From positions 1,952,001 through 2,016,000 of the forward strand of contig CAVSGO010000007.1 in the NCBI GenBank assembly GCA_963727525.1: a stretch of DNA of 64,000 nt. The letters run 5' to 3'. The DNA comes from an uncultured bacterium (GTDB lineage: Bacteria; Krumholzibacteriota; Krumholzibacteriia; LZORAL124-64-63). Of this stretch, positions 49,700 to 60,417 are shown piece by piece. The position numbers and the translations under genes were made by a program. Every line of letters starts with the position of its first letter. Position 1 is the stretch's first letter. The notes beneath the pieces were generated by a model. The model did not search any database. It worked only from the letters and a program-made list of their open reading frames with translations, and had not been told where the DNA came from.

Positions 49700-50926
49700 T
49701 CAGAAGGTGGATCGCTCGCGATTGAACGGCGTGATCTCGCGTAAGCGGGCGACGATGCGCGGCATCACCGCGACCACGTAGTCGATCTCCGCCGCCGTCG
49801 TGTAGCGCGACAGCGAGAAGCGGATGGACCCGTGGGCCGTGATGAACGGCACGCCCATCGCCTTGAGCACGTGCGACGGTTCCAGCGAGCCGCTCGTACA
49901 CGCCGAGCCCGACGACGCGGCGATGCCGGCCCGGTCGAGCAGCAGCAGGATGCCCTCGCCCTCGATGTAGTCGAAGGAGAGGTTCGCGGTGTTCGGCAGG
50001 CGCGGCGCGGCACCGTTGCGTCGGCTGTCGGGGATGGCCTCCAGCAGCATGGCTTCGAGTCGGTCGCGCAGGGCGGCCTCGCGCGCGTTCTCCTCCTCGC
50101 GGTGAACCGCCGCCAGCTCGCAGGCCGCGCCCAGGGCCACGCAGGAGGCCACGTTCTCGGTGCCCGCGCGCCGCCCGCGCTCCTGGTGGCCGCCCACGAT
50201 GAGCGGCCGCAGCCGGGTGCCCTTGCGCACGTAGAGCGCGCCCACACCCTTGGGGGCGTGCAGCTTGTGGCCGCTGAGCGAGAGCATGTCGACGCTGGTG
50301 AGCGTCTGCATGTCGAGTGGCAGCTTGCCCGCCGCCTGCACCGCATCGACGTGGAAGACTGCGCCCGCCTCCTCGACGATGGCGCCGACCGCCGCGGAGT
50401 CGAAGATCACGCCGGTCTCGTTGTTGGCCATCATGATGGAGACCACGGCCGTGTCGGGGCGCACCTTCGCGCGCAGCTCGTCGAGATCGAGGCGCCCGTC
50501 GCCGTCGACGCGGATGAAGTCCACCTCGTAGCCCCGGCGCTTCTCGAGATCCCGGCACAGCCCCAGCACCGCGGGGTGCTCCACGGCCGAGGTCACCACG
50601 TGCCGCTTGTCGGGATACGCCCGCAGCGTGCCCTCGATGGCGAGATTGTCGCTCTCACTACCGCCCGCGGTGAAGATGATCTCGCTGGCCGACTTCGCGT
50701 GCACCAGCGACGCCACGCGCTCGCGGGCCTCGGCCAGGCCGCGGCCGGCCTCGGCGCCGAAGCGGTGCATGCTCGAGGGATTGCCGTAGTGCGTACTCAG
50801 GTACGGCATCATCGCCTCGATCACCTCGGGAGCCGTCCGGGTGGTGGCGTTGTTGTCGAGATACACGCCGCCGTCGGGCATCGCGGGCGCGCCGGCCAGA
50901 AGGTCGAATCCGCTGCTACCGGCCAT
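49700..50926 (-). CDS. nifS: Cysteine desulfurase NifS
   Basis: YLDNNATT, GNPSSMH, EHPAV, MANNETG, HVDAVQ, SGHKLHAPKG, SSGSACTSGSLEPSHVL. Confidence 0.95.
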   Translation of the reverse strand: MAGSSGFDLLAGAPAMPDGGVYLDNNATTRTAPEVIEAMMPYLSTHYGNPSSMHRFGAEAGRGLAEARERVASLVHAKSASEIIFTAGGSESDNLAIEGTLRAYPDKRHVVTSAVEHPAVLGLCRDLEKRRGYEVDFIRVDGDGRLDLDELRAKVRPDTAVVSIMMANNETGVIFDSAAVGAIVEEAGAVFHVDAVQAAGKLPLDMQTLTSVDMLSLSGHKLHAPKGVGALYVRKGTRLRPLIVGGHQERGRRAGTENVASCVALGAACELAAVHREEENAREAALRDRLEAMLLEAIPDSRRNGAAPRLPNTANLSFDYIEGEGILLLLDRAGIAASSGSACTSGSLEPSHVLKAMGVPFITAHGSIRFSLSRYTTAAEIDYVVAVMPRIVARLREITPFNRERSTF

Positions 50927-51816
50927 CAGGACGTCACCTCGATCACCTGCAGGTCGTCGCGCACGTGACGGCGCAGCTCGGCCTCGACATAGTCCTTCAG
51001 CGTGACCTCCGCGACGCGGCAGGCGGCGCAGTTGCCGATGAGGCGCACGAAGACCTTGCCGTCGCGATAGCGCACGAGCTGGATGTCACCGCCGTCGTTG
51101 CGCAGGGCCACGGCGATATCGTTGTGCAGCAGATCCTCGATCTTGTGCACCAGCTCGCGATCGGCGTCGGACTCGGCACCCTTCTTCTCCTCGAGCTGTA
51201 CGAGATCCTTGCGCCGCGCGGGTGCGGCACCCGCCTCGAGCTTTTCCCAGCACTCGTCGAGGATGTGCTGGATGTCGTGGTGACAGTCCATGCAGCCGCC
51301 GCCGGCCTTGGTATAGTTGGTCACATCCTCGATGGACTCCAGGCGGTTCTGCATGATGGCGTCGCGGATGGTGTCGCGCGTGACCTGGTAGCAATGGCAG
51401 ATCATCACGCCCTGGCTCAGCAGATGGCATGGCACGCCGCGGCCCTGGCGCTTGAAGTGGTCGATCATCGCGGCCTCGAGCGCCTCGCGCCCCATGACTG
51501 AGCAATGCATCTTCTCGCGCGGCAAGCCGCCGAGCTTGCGCGCAATGTCCTCGTTGGTGATCTGCGCCGCTTCATCGAGGGTCTTACCGATGAGCATCTC
51601 GGTGAGGATGCTGCTGGAAGCGATGGCACTGCCGCAGCCGAAGGTACGGAACTTGGCCTGGGCGATGCGGCCCTCGGCGTCGAGCTTGAAGGTGAGGCGC
51701 AGAGCATCGCCGCACGCCATCGAGCCCACCTCCCCCACACCGTCGGCGTCGGGCACCTCGCCCACATTGCGCGGATTGAGGAAGTGGTCCATGACCTCTT
51801 CGGAGTAATTCCACAT
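50926..51816 (-). CDS. nifU: Fe-S scaffold NifU (U-type, BFD-like and Nfu domains)
   Basis: MWNYSEEVMDHFLNPRN, ACGDAL, FGCGSAIASSS, KMHCSVM; ICHC...TKAGGGCMDC; DGGDI...GNCAAC. Confidence 0.95.
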   Translation of the reverse strand: MWNYSEEVMDHFLNPRNVGEVPDADGVGEVGSMACGDALRLTFKLDAEGRIAQAKFRTFGCGSAIASSSILTEMLIGKTLDEAAQITNEDIARKLGGLPREKMHCSVMGREALEAAMIDHFKRQGRGVPCHLLSQGVMICHCYQVTRDTIRDAIMQNRLESIEDVTNYTKAGGGCMDCHHDIQHILDECWEKLEAGAAPARRKDLVQLEEKKGAESDADRELVHKIEDLLHNDIAVALRNDGGDIQLVRYRDGKVFVRLIGNCAACRVAEVTLKDYVEAELRRHVRDDLQVIEVTS

Positions 51817-51935
51817 GGTGGGATCGTCTCCTCGGTGAGCGGCCGTCGCGCCGCAGCGGCAGGGAAATTCGGTCGCGGGCGAAACTCGCAGTAAATCTAA
51901 GCCAAGATGGTACGAATTCAAGCGGATGCCCGGCT

Positions 51936-54062
51936 TCAAACGTGACGCCCCACCGCCAGTTCCGCGAGCAGGAGCACCACGGCCGCCAGGATGAGCGCCG
52001 GGGCGAGGTCGGTGCCGGCGAGCGCATGTTGCAGGCTGTCGGCACCACCGGCGTCGAGTTCCCAGGTGCGGTTCCAGCCTGCGTCGCGCAGACGCCGGCG
52101 CAGATCGTCCGGCGAGATCGTGTGCGGATCCGACTCGCCCGCCGGCACGGCCATGGCCACGAGACCGAGCGTATCGGCCCCGGCGCGGAACGTGACGATT
52201 CCGGCCCGGGTCGGCGCCTCCGCGCTCACCAGCGGCACCGGCCCCTGCCAGACGAGCTGGGCCGGTCGGGGTTTGCCGCCGGGTTCGGTCACCGTGAGAT
52301 CGGCTGCATCGCCGCCGCGGTCGTGCTGCAGGCGCGAGGGCGCCACGCGCAGGCGCGGGGCGTCGCCCACGGCGAGCGCGCCGCTGCCGCCGCCGGCTGC
52401 CTGCCAGGCCAGGGTCGCGGCCAGGCGCTGCACGAGGGGCAGAAACACGGGATTGAGTTGCAGATCGGTGGCCTCGGCGCGCAGGTCGAAAGGCAGGAGC
52501 GCGAAACGACCGCTGCCCACCTCGCCGACGATCAGCAGCGGCGAGCCGCCGGCGCTGGTGAGGAGAACCCGCGCACCGCCCTCGCCGAGGGCGAAGTACC
52601 GTTGCCACGAGGCCCTGGCCAGCGTCGTGAGCGCCGTGGCGCCGAGATCCGCGAGGATGGGATCGCCCGCATCGACGACGGTGGCGTGCTCGGTCGCATC
52701 ATCGCCGTGCGCCACGAAGCGCGCATCCGCCGGCAGGCCGAGCACCGGCAGGAGGCTCTCCTGCAGCGCGCCGAGCTGGGTGGGATCGCCGGCCACCGCG
52801 AGCACGGCGCCACCGCCCGTGAGCCACGACCGTACGGCGTCCTGCAGATGCCGGCCGAGGGTGCCCGCATCGACGAGCGCGAGCAGCTCGGCTCCGGCGA
52901 GGTCCCCATCGGTGAGCTGCGAGGCGGTGATCGCGCGCACGCGGAAGAGGCCGGACGCGTCGGCCGACGTCGGATCTCCGCCGGGGGCGAGCGCGCCTTG
53001 CAGATATCGCCAGCCTCCGCGCCCGATCTCGTCGCGGTCGTCCCCGTGCACGAGGACCACGTCGAGCTGGGCCGGCACGTCGAGTACGAAAGGGCGCACG
53101 TCATCGGCAGGGAACCGATCGCTCTCCTTGCCCACGGCACCCGCGTACGCCCCCGGCACCGGCACGGCCACCGAGAACGTGAGCGCGACGGTGCCGCCGC
53201 CGGCCGGCGGGGCCGGCGCCGTGGTCTCGCCCACGCGGCGGCCGCCGAGTTCCAGCCAGAACGGTTGTCCGGCGCGTTCGGGACGGACCACCGCCGTGAG
53301 CGTGGCCGTCTCGCCCGGCCGCAGGGCCCGCCCCGGGAGCTGCACCGCCACCACGCCGCCGCCCGGCACACCCTTGCCCACGGCGTGCACCAGCAGGCGG
53401 GCGTCGCCCACACGGGCCAGCTCGCCCACCGCCTCGTCGAGATCCGGCCAGGCCGCGGTCTGCAGGTCGCTCAGCAGCACGACCTCCACCGGTGTCGTCG
53501 GCGCGATGGCCACCTGCTGCGCCGCCGTGCGCAGGCCGGCGGCGAGGTCGCAGGGGCCGTCGGTGGCCTGGGCGCCCTGGAGCGCCCGACGCGCGCCCGC
53601 GCCCGCGGGCAACCAGGCGGCGAAGAGAGGCCGGGCCGCGGCCCCCACCGTGATCACCTGCACCGAAGCCGCGGGTGGCAGGGCGCCGATCATGGCGTCG
53701 GCAAGGTCGCGCGCCTCGGCGAAGCGCGTGCCGCCGTCGTCGGTCTGGGTCTGCATACTGGCACTCGCGTCCAGCAGGAAGAGCACCGCGCGTCCATCGC
53801 CCTCGCCGGTGCCGAGGCCGCCCCAGTGCGGCCGGGCCATGGCCAGCGCCACGCACAGCAGGGCGAGCACGCGCAGCAGGAGCAACAACCAGCGCCGCAG
53901 GCCGCGCCGCCGCGACTGCTGCGTTTCCTCGGCCTGGAGAAAGCGCAGGTCGCTGAAGGCCACGCGCCGCGCGCGCCGTCGGTTGAGCAGATGGATGATC
54001 ACCGGTACCGCGGCCGCGAAGGCTCCGAAGAGCAGCGCCGGGTTGCCGAAGACGAGGGGCAT
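51936..54062 (-). CDS. BatA-domain/VWA membrane protein
   Basis: FGNPALL...PVIIHLL...FSDLRFL...LLLLLR...ARP, MIDAS-like DASASM, LLSDLQ, C-terminal TM helix. Confidence 0.88.
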   Translation of the reverse strand: MPLVFGNPALLFGAFAAAVPVIIHLLNRRRARRVAFSDLRFLQAEETQQSRRRGLRRWLLLLLRVLALLCVALAMARPHWGGLGTGEGDGRAVLFLLDASASMQTQTDDGGTRFAEARDLADAMIGALPPAASVQVITVGAAARPLFAAWLPAGAGARRALQGAQATDGPCDLAAGLRTAAQQVAIAPTTPVEVVLLSDLQTAAWPDLDEAVGELARVGDARLLVHAVGKGVPGGGVVAVQLPGRALRPGETATLTAVVRPERAGQPFWLELGGRRVGETTAPAPPAGGGTVALTFSVAVPVPGAYAGAVGKESDRFPADDVRPFVLDVPAQLDVVLVHGDDRDEIGRGGWRYLQGALAPGGDPTSADASGLFRVRAITASQLTDGDLAGAELLALVDAGTLGRHLQDAVRSWLTGGGAVLAVAGDPTQLGALQESLLPVLGLPADARFVAHGDDATEHATVVDAGDPILADLGATALTTLARASWQRYFALGEGGARVLLTSAGGSPLLIVGEVGSGRFALLPFDLRAEATDLQLNPVFLPLVQRLAATLAWQAAGGGSGALAVGDAPRLRVAPSRLQHDRGGDAADLTVTEPGGKPRPAQLVWQGPVPLVSAEAPTRAGIVTFRAGADTLGLVAMAVPAGESDPHTISPDDLRRRLRDAGWNRTWELDAGGADSLQHALAGTDLAPALILAAVVLLLAELAVGRHV

Positions 54063-54963
54063 CAGTGGAGCCTTCCGCGCTTCATCAGGTAGGCGCCGAG
54101 CGCCTGGGCCACGGGCTGGTCGGTGGTCAGCTCCACGAGATCGACGAGATGGCGGCGGCACTCGCGGCGCAGGCGCGTGCGCCATGCTTCGAGGCGTTCC
54201 CGGTAGCCCTGGCGCACGTGGGCCGGCTCGGTACGCACGGAGTGACCTGGCGCCTCGAGGTCGGTGAACTCGATGTCACCGGCGTAGTCGAGGTCGACCT
54301 CGCGCGGGTCGAGCACGTGGAGCACGAGCACCTCGTGGCCCCGGTGCCGGAAGTGCTTGAGGCCCGAGAGGACGGTGTCGGCGTCGTCGAGCAGGTCGCT
54401 CACCAGCACCACCAGGCCGCGGCGCGGGATGCGTTCGGCCACCTCGTGCAGCACGGGTCCGAGCTGCGTGCCCTTGCCCTCGGGCATGTCGCGCAGCACG
54501 CGCAGCACCTGGAAGAGCTGGCGTCGCAGGGAGCGAGCGGGCACGCGGGCGAGCGGCGCGTCGTCGAAGACCACGAGACCGACGGCGTCGTTCTGATGGA
54601 GCAGCAGGTACGCAAGCGACGCCGCGAGCACGCGGCCGTAGGCGAGCTTGGACGGCAGGCGTTTTTCGTCGCTCGTGAAGCGCATGCTGGCCGAGCAATC
54701 CATCAGCAGGGTGCAGCGCAGATTGGTCTCCTCGGCGTAGACCTTCTGGTAGTGGCGGTCGGTCTTGGCGTACACGCGCCAGTCGATGTGCGTGGTGGGC
54801 TCGCCCGGCTGGTACTGGCGGTACTCCGCGAACTCGGCGGAGAAGCCATGATACGGACTCTTGTGCAGCCCCGTGAGGAAACCCTCCACGAGGAGACGCG
54901 CCAGCAGGTCGAGGCGGTCGAGCTGGCTGGCGAGTTCCGGGGTCAGAAGCAGCGGGCCATCGC

Positions 54964-54967
<4 letters not shown>
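54062..54967 (-). CDS. DUF58 (VWA-like) protein
   Basis: GLHKSPYHGFSAEFAEYRQY, IDWRVYAKTD, EETN, DCSASM, LVSDLLD, DPRE. Confidence 0.93.
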
Positions 54968-55947
<980 letters not shown>

Positions 55948-56027
55948 CGCTGTCTCCCCTGAAAAAGCCGGCCCCTGGTGGGTCGGCTGCCGCGCGGGCG
56001 CGCGCCACGTGCACGCGTCTCGCTGCA

Positions 56028-56076
56028 AGTGCCAGTCATCGACCAGTGTACGCAATCGATGAGTGTACGCAATCGA
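56028..56076. repeat. Three direct repeats with 17-bp period in the divergent moxR/phosphatase intergenic region
   Basis: AGTGTACGCAATCGA at 56045 and 56062 (identical) and degenerate AGTGCCAGTCATCGA at 56028. Confidence 0.8.
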
Positions 56077-56185
56077 CACCGGGCGACAGCGCGAGCCCCG
56101 TCTCACCGATTCTTCACTGGCTCGTCGACGCCCACGCATCTATCGTTGGCGCCGACGCCGGGCAGGACCGGCGCCGGGAGGCATC

Positions 56186-57499
56186 GTGCAGAAGAAATTC
56201 TACCGCACCATCGAGGATCTACTGCGGCGCATCGACACGTCGGCGGGCGACGAGGCGATGCTGCGATCGGTGCTGCGCCAGCTCGTCGAGGGCGAGGATA
56301 CAGCGTACTACGGCATCGAGAGCGGACGCCTGTACCGTGAGCGCAGCCAGGACTTCGTGCTCATTGCGAGCCACGGCGAATATGGTGACGCCATCGAGGG
56401 CAAGTCGGTGAGCAAGGACTACGCGGTGGTCCAGCACCTGCTCGAGCATCGGCTGTGGACCACCTCGCCCACGTCGCCCGGCTACGACGCCGCCCTCGAG
56501 GCCCAGTTCACCCATCTCAATAGCGCCGCCATCGTCGTGGGCCAGAATCCCGCCTACATCCTCAGCCTCAGCCTGCGCCGGGAGGGCACGAGCCAGGAGG
56601 AGATCCTGGTGATGCTCGAGTCGATCCGTGCAGCCATCGGGCTGAAGCTGCGCCAGAGCGCCCTGGAGGATCAGCTCCGGCAGGCGCAGTCGATCCAGAT
56701 GTCGCTGCTGCCGTCGCGCCTGCCGGTGCTCACCGGGTTCGAGTTCGCCGCCGCCTCGCTCCCCGCCGAGGAGGTGGGCGGCGACGTCTACGACATGCAG
56801 GTCATTGGCGAGGGCATGCTCGGCGTGATGATCGCCGACGCCAGCGGCCACGGTCTGCCCGCCGCCCTGCAGGCGCGCGACGTGGTGGTAGGCCTGCGCA
56901 TGGGCCAGGCGCACAACGAGAAGATCACATCGCTGATCCAGCGCCTGAATCACGTCATCCACAACACGCTGCTGGCCAGCCGCTTCATTTCGCTGTTCTA
57001 CGCCGAGCTGGAGGACACCGGCAATCTCACCTACGTGAACGCCGGTCACTGCCCACCACTGCTGTTCACGCCGGTGGGCGGGGTCTTCGAGCTGCAGGGC
57101 AGCGGTCCGGTGCTCGGCCCCCTGCCCGACGCCACCTACCGCCGCCGCTCCTGCACGTTGCGGCCGGGCGAGGTGCTCGTGCTGTTCACCGATGGCGTGA
57201 TCGAGCGGCACGCGCCCGGGCAGGATGTGAACGAGGACGAGCCGCAGGAGTTCGGGCAGGAGAAGCTGATCAGTATCGGGCTCGCATACCGCGACCGGCC
57301 GGCCGGCGAGATCCTCGCACGCATCACCGAGGCGCTGCGCGACTTCGGCGACAACGCCCCCTGGAGCGATGACGTCACGGTGATGGTCGTCAAGCGGCAG
57401 AACAGCTCCACGCGGCCGCAGGAGGCGCTCAACGAGCTGAAGACGGTCCCCCCGGCGGAACCCGGAATTCAGGGCGAGGACACCGGCGAGAGACGGTAG
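56186..57499 (+). CDS. PP2C/SpoIIE (RsbU-like) phosphatase with N-terminal GAF-like domain
   Basis: AQSIQMSLLP, EVGGDVYD, IADASGHGLPAAL, YVNAGHCPP, LFTDGV, DDVT; GGAGG RBS before GTG. Confidence 0.92.
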   Translation: MQKKFYRTIEDLLRRIDTSAGDEAMLRSVLRQLVEGEDTAYYGIESGRLYRERSQDFVLIASHGEYGDAIEGKSVSKDYAVVQHLLEHRLWTTSPTSPGYDAALEAQFTHLNSAAIVVGQNPAYILSLSLRREGTSQEEILVMLESIRAAIGLKLRQSALEDQLRQAQSIQMSLLPSRLPVLTGFEFAAASLPAEEVGGDVYDMQVIGEGMLGVMIADASGHGLPAALQARDVVVGLRMGQAHNEKITSLIQRLNHVIHNTLLASRFISLFYAELEDTGNLTYVNAGHCPPLLFTPVGGVFELQGSGPVLGPLPDATYRRRSCTLRPGEVLVLFTDGVIERHAPGQDVNEDEPQEFGQEKLISIGLAYRDRPAGEILARITEALRDFGDNAPWSDDVTVMVVKRQNSSTRPQEALNELKTVPPAEPGIQGEDTGERR

Positions 57500-59124
57500 A
57501 GCGCGACGGTCCAGTCTTGCCGCTCCGTCAGCCCCACGCCGTGGATCACGCAGGTGTCGACCAGGGCGAAGTGCACGCCGCGCACCACTTTGCCGTCCCA
57601 GCGCGGCGGGCCATCGGTGCGGTCGACGAACCAGTCGGGCCGCTGGCCCCGATCGGACTCGGGCCGCAGCCACGCCCCCGACCTGACCATGGACTCGAAT
57701 CCCATCTGCCGGCCCAGGCTCATGATCTGGGGGCTGACCAGGCCCATCAGGTCGAGCACCGGGCGATCGCTGCCGTGGGCGAGGGCGCCGATGTCCAGGG
57801 CCGCCACCACGTCGCCCGGCGCGCTGTTCTCGCCGATCCACTGTCCCATCGCCAGATAGCACCCGCGCATGCCGGCCGAGAAGTCGCGCGCGTGCGGCCG
57901 CACAAGGCCCACGAGGAGGATCACGTTGGCAGCGATGGTGAGTGTCATGGCCGAACGCCAGCCCCAGCGACGCAGCATTGCCTGCCCGCGGAAGGGCTCG
58001 GCCGCACGCAGGAGCCAGAAGTCGGCCGCCGCCAGGACGAGCAGCAAGGGCATGGACAGCGGCGCAAGGTAGCGCGAGATCACCCACACGCGCGTGAGCG
58101 CGTAGCCACCGATGACAACGGCCGCCCAGGTCACGGGAATGCCGACGAGGGCGACGGATTGCCACAGCGTCCACGTGGGCGGGGTCGCCGCCTCGACCTC
58201 CGCCGTCATGTCGGGTCGGCGTCGTCCCACGAGCACCATCACGGCCACGAGCACCAGGAAGAGCCACAGGATTCCCTGCGTGAGGCCGATCTGCTCCAGC
58301 GAGCGCAGCGCGTAGCCGGCGAACTCCAGCGGGTGGAAGCTCAGCGCGTTGCTCTTGGCGGAGGCGGTGCCCGGTGTGATGCGGCCGAACGTGACGCGGG
58401 CGTAGACGAGCCACGGCCCCGCGGTGGCGAGCCAGCCGAGCAGGGCTGCCGGCAGGAGGTGCTGGGGACGGGCCTGGGTGCGGCCGGCCCGGCCTGCGAA
58501 CTGATCAGCGCGCTGGTACTCGGTCCACAGGAGCCACGGCAACGCCAGCGGGGCCAGCAGGAGATACTCCGGCCGCACCAGGGCGGAGAGCCCGGCCGCG
58601 GCACCCCAGGCCAGGTAACGTCGCCACAGAACCGGCGACGGACCGCTGCCCGCTGGCTCCGGCTGGAACGGAAGCACGACGGGCCACATCAGGATCAGCA
58701 GGGCTGCCGATGCCAGCGGCGTCTCCATGCCCGACATGGTCCAGCGCAGGAACCATGCGTCGACCACGCCGACGACGAGCAGCCACCAGCGCCAACCCTC
58801 AGGCAAGGGCAGGCGCCGCAGCAGGCCCGCCCACAGCCCCACGGTCAGCGTGCCGGCGAGCAGGCCCAACGTCCACGCCGCCACCTCCGGTGCCAGGTGC
58901 AGCTTCAGCAGGAGCACCAGGCCGAAGATCCACAGCGGACTCGTGGCACCGTACGTGGCTTCGCCCGGATTGAAGGCGAACTCGCCGCGGGTGGCCACGT
59001 TCTCGGCATAGCGCAGATGGATGTAGGTGTCGTCGGTGACATAGCCCGCCAGCAGCAGATGCGCGCCCAGGAGGATCAGGAGACCGACCAATAGGCGCGC
59101 CCGGTGGTGGGCCGCCGCGCTCAC
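57469..59124 (-). CDS. GT-C-fold (arabinofuranosyltransferase-like) integral membrane protein
   Basis: TDDTYIHLRYAEN...FNPGE...GATSPLW, SGMETPL, LVRPE, DIGALA, DLMGLVS. Confidence 0.75.
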   Translation of the reverse strand: MSAAAHHRARLLVGLLILLGAHLLLAGYVTDDTYIHLRYAENVATRGEFAFNPGEATYGATSPLWIFGLVLLLKLHLAPEVAAWTLGLLAGTLTVGLWAGLLRRLPLPEGWRWWLLVVGVVDAWFLRWTMSGMETPLASAALLILMWPVVLPFQPEPAGSGPSPVLWRRYLAWGAAAGLSALVRPEYLLLAPLALPWLLWTEYQRADQFAGRAGRTQARPQHLLPAALLGWLATAGPWLVYARVTFGRITPGTASAKSNALSFHPLEFAGYALRSLEQIGLTQGILWLFLVLVAVMVLVGRRRPDMTAEVEAATPPTWTLWQSVALVGIPVTWAAVVIGGYALTRVWVISRYLAPLSMPLLLVLAAADFWLLRAAEPFRGQAMLRRWGWRSAMTLTIAANVILLVGLVRPHARDFSAGMRGCYLAMGQWIGENSAPGDVVAALDIGALAHGSDRPVLDLMGLVSPQIMSLGRQMGFESMVRSGAWLRPESDRGQRPDWFVDRTDGPPRWDGKVVRGVHFALVDTCVIHGVGLTERQDWTVALYRLSPVSSP

Positions 59125-60287
59125 CGCAGGAACATCGGCAGGTTGCCGACGCGCGCGATGGCGGGCTTGTACTCCTTCACGTCGTAGAACCGCGCCACCT
59201 CGACGCGCTTCTCCCCCGCGATCACCGAATTCAGGCCCACCGTGGTGTACTTGCCCTCCTGCAGCGCCACCATCAGGCCGCTCGCGCCGTCGAGCAGCAT
59301 GTCCATCGCCAGGTTGCCGTAATTCATGGCGACCATGCGGTCGAGGGCATCGGGCGCACCGCAGCGCATCATGTAGCCCAGCTCCTGAAACGTCACCTTG
59401 TGGCCGCTGATGGCCTGGATCTTCTCCGCCGTGATCTGGCCGATGCCGCCCAGCTTCTGGTGGCCATAGGCGTCGGCCTCGCCGCGCTGAACGATCTCGC
59501 CCTCGATCTCCTGAGCGCCCTCACTGATGCAGACGATGGAGTAGCGGCTCGGGTTGGCCAGCTTGTCCTCCACCAGGAAGTTGGCGAGGCGGTGCACGTC
59601 GAAGGGCACCTCGCTGATGATGGCGCGGTCGGTGCCGGCGAGGTAGGCCGAGATGAGGCCCGTCTCGCCGCTGTGCCGGCCGAAGACCTCGACCACGCCG
59701 ATCCGCTCGTGACTGCCGATGGGCGTGCGGAGCTGGGTGATGGCGTCCACGGTGCGCGTGATGGCCGTGGAGAACCCGATGCAGTAGTCGGTGCCGTAGA
59801 CGTCGTTGTCCATCGTCTTGGGGATGGCGATCTGCGGGAAGCTCTCCTGGTTCAAGCGCGCGGCGTAGCTCAGGGTATCGTCGCCCCCGATGGGGATGAG
59901 GGCGTCGATCTTCAGGTCCTCGAGATTGGCCACGATGGTGTCGGTGATGTCCGTCGGGAACGGTCCCGCACCGTACTGCTCGCGAAGATGTTCCGGCAGA
60001 TCGTGCTCGCGCATGCGGGCAGGATTGGTGCGCGACGTGTGCAGGAACGTGCCGCCCGAGCGGTCGATGGTCCGCACCTGGTTCCAGTCGAGCTCGCGCA
60101 CGAACTCGCGATTGTGCTCGGGCTCGCCAACGCGATAGTTGACGAGGCCGGCCCAGCCACGCCGGAACCCCACCACCTGGATCCCGGCCTTCTGGGCCCG
60201 GTACACCACCTGCTTCATCGCCGAGTTCAAGCCGGGGACGTCACCGCCGCCGGTGAGAATTCCGATGCGTCGGATCTTGGCCTTCAT
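59121..60287 (-). CDS. pfkA: 6-phosphofructokinase (PfkA family; GGDD/PKT signature suggests PPi-dependent)
   Basis: ILTGGGDVPGLN, GGTFLHTSR, IGGDDT, IPKTMDNDV, EVFGR, LGYMMR. Confidence 0.93.
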   Translation of the reverse strand: MKAKIRRIGILTGGGDVPGLNSAMKQVVYRAQKAGIQVVGFRRGWAGLVNYRVGEPEHNREFVRELDWNQVRTIDRSGGTFLHTSRTNPARMREHDLPEHLREQYGAGPFPTDITDTIVANLEDLKIDALIPIGGDDTLSYAARLNQESFPQIAIPKTMDNDVYGTDYCIGFSTAITRTVDAITQLRTPIGSHERIGVVEVFGRHSGETGLISAYLAGTDRAIISEVPFDVHRLANFLVEDKLANPSRYSIVCISEGAQEIEGEIVQRGEADAYGHQKLGGIGQITAEKIQAISGHKVTFQELGYMMRCGAPDALDRMVAMNYGNLAMDMLLDGASGLMVALQEGKYTTVGLNSVIAGEKRVEVARFYDVKEYKPAIARVGNLPMFLR

Positions 60288-60417
60288 GCTCTGCCTCCCT
60301 CAGTGGCGGGTCGGCGCGCGACACGCGCCGGGTACTCTAGCCGACGGTCCTGGCGATCGGCAAGGAGACGCCGCGCCGCACGGTCATTTTCGTCGACCTC
60401 GTTGGCCGGCAGCGACG

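Noticed and set aside
56028..56076. Mini-CRISPR interpretation of the direct repeats
   Set aside because: 15-bp units with 2-bp gaps and no cas genes in the window
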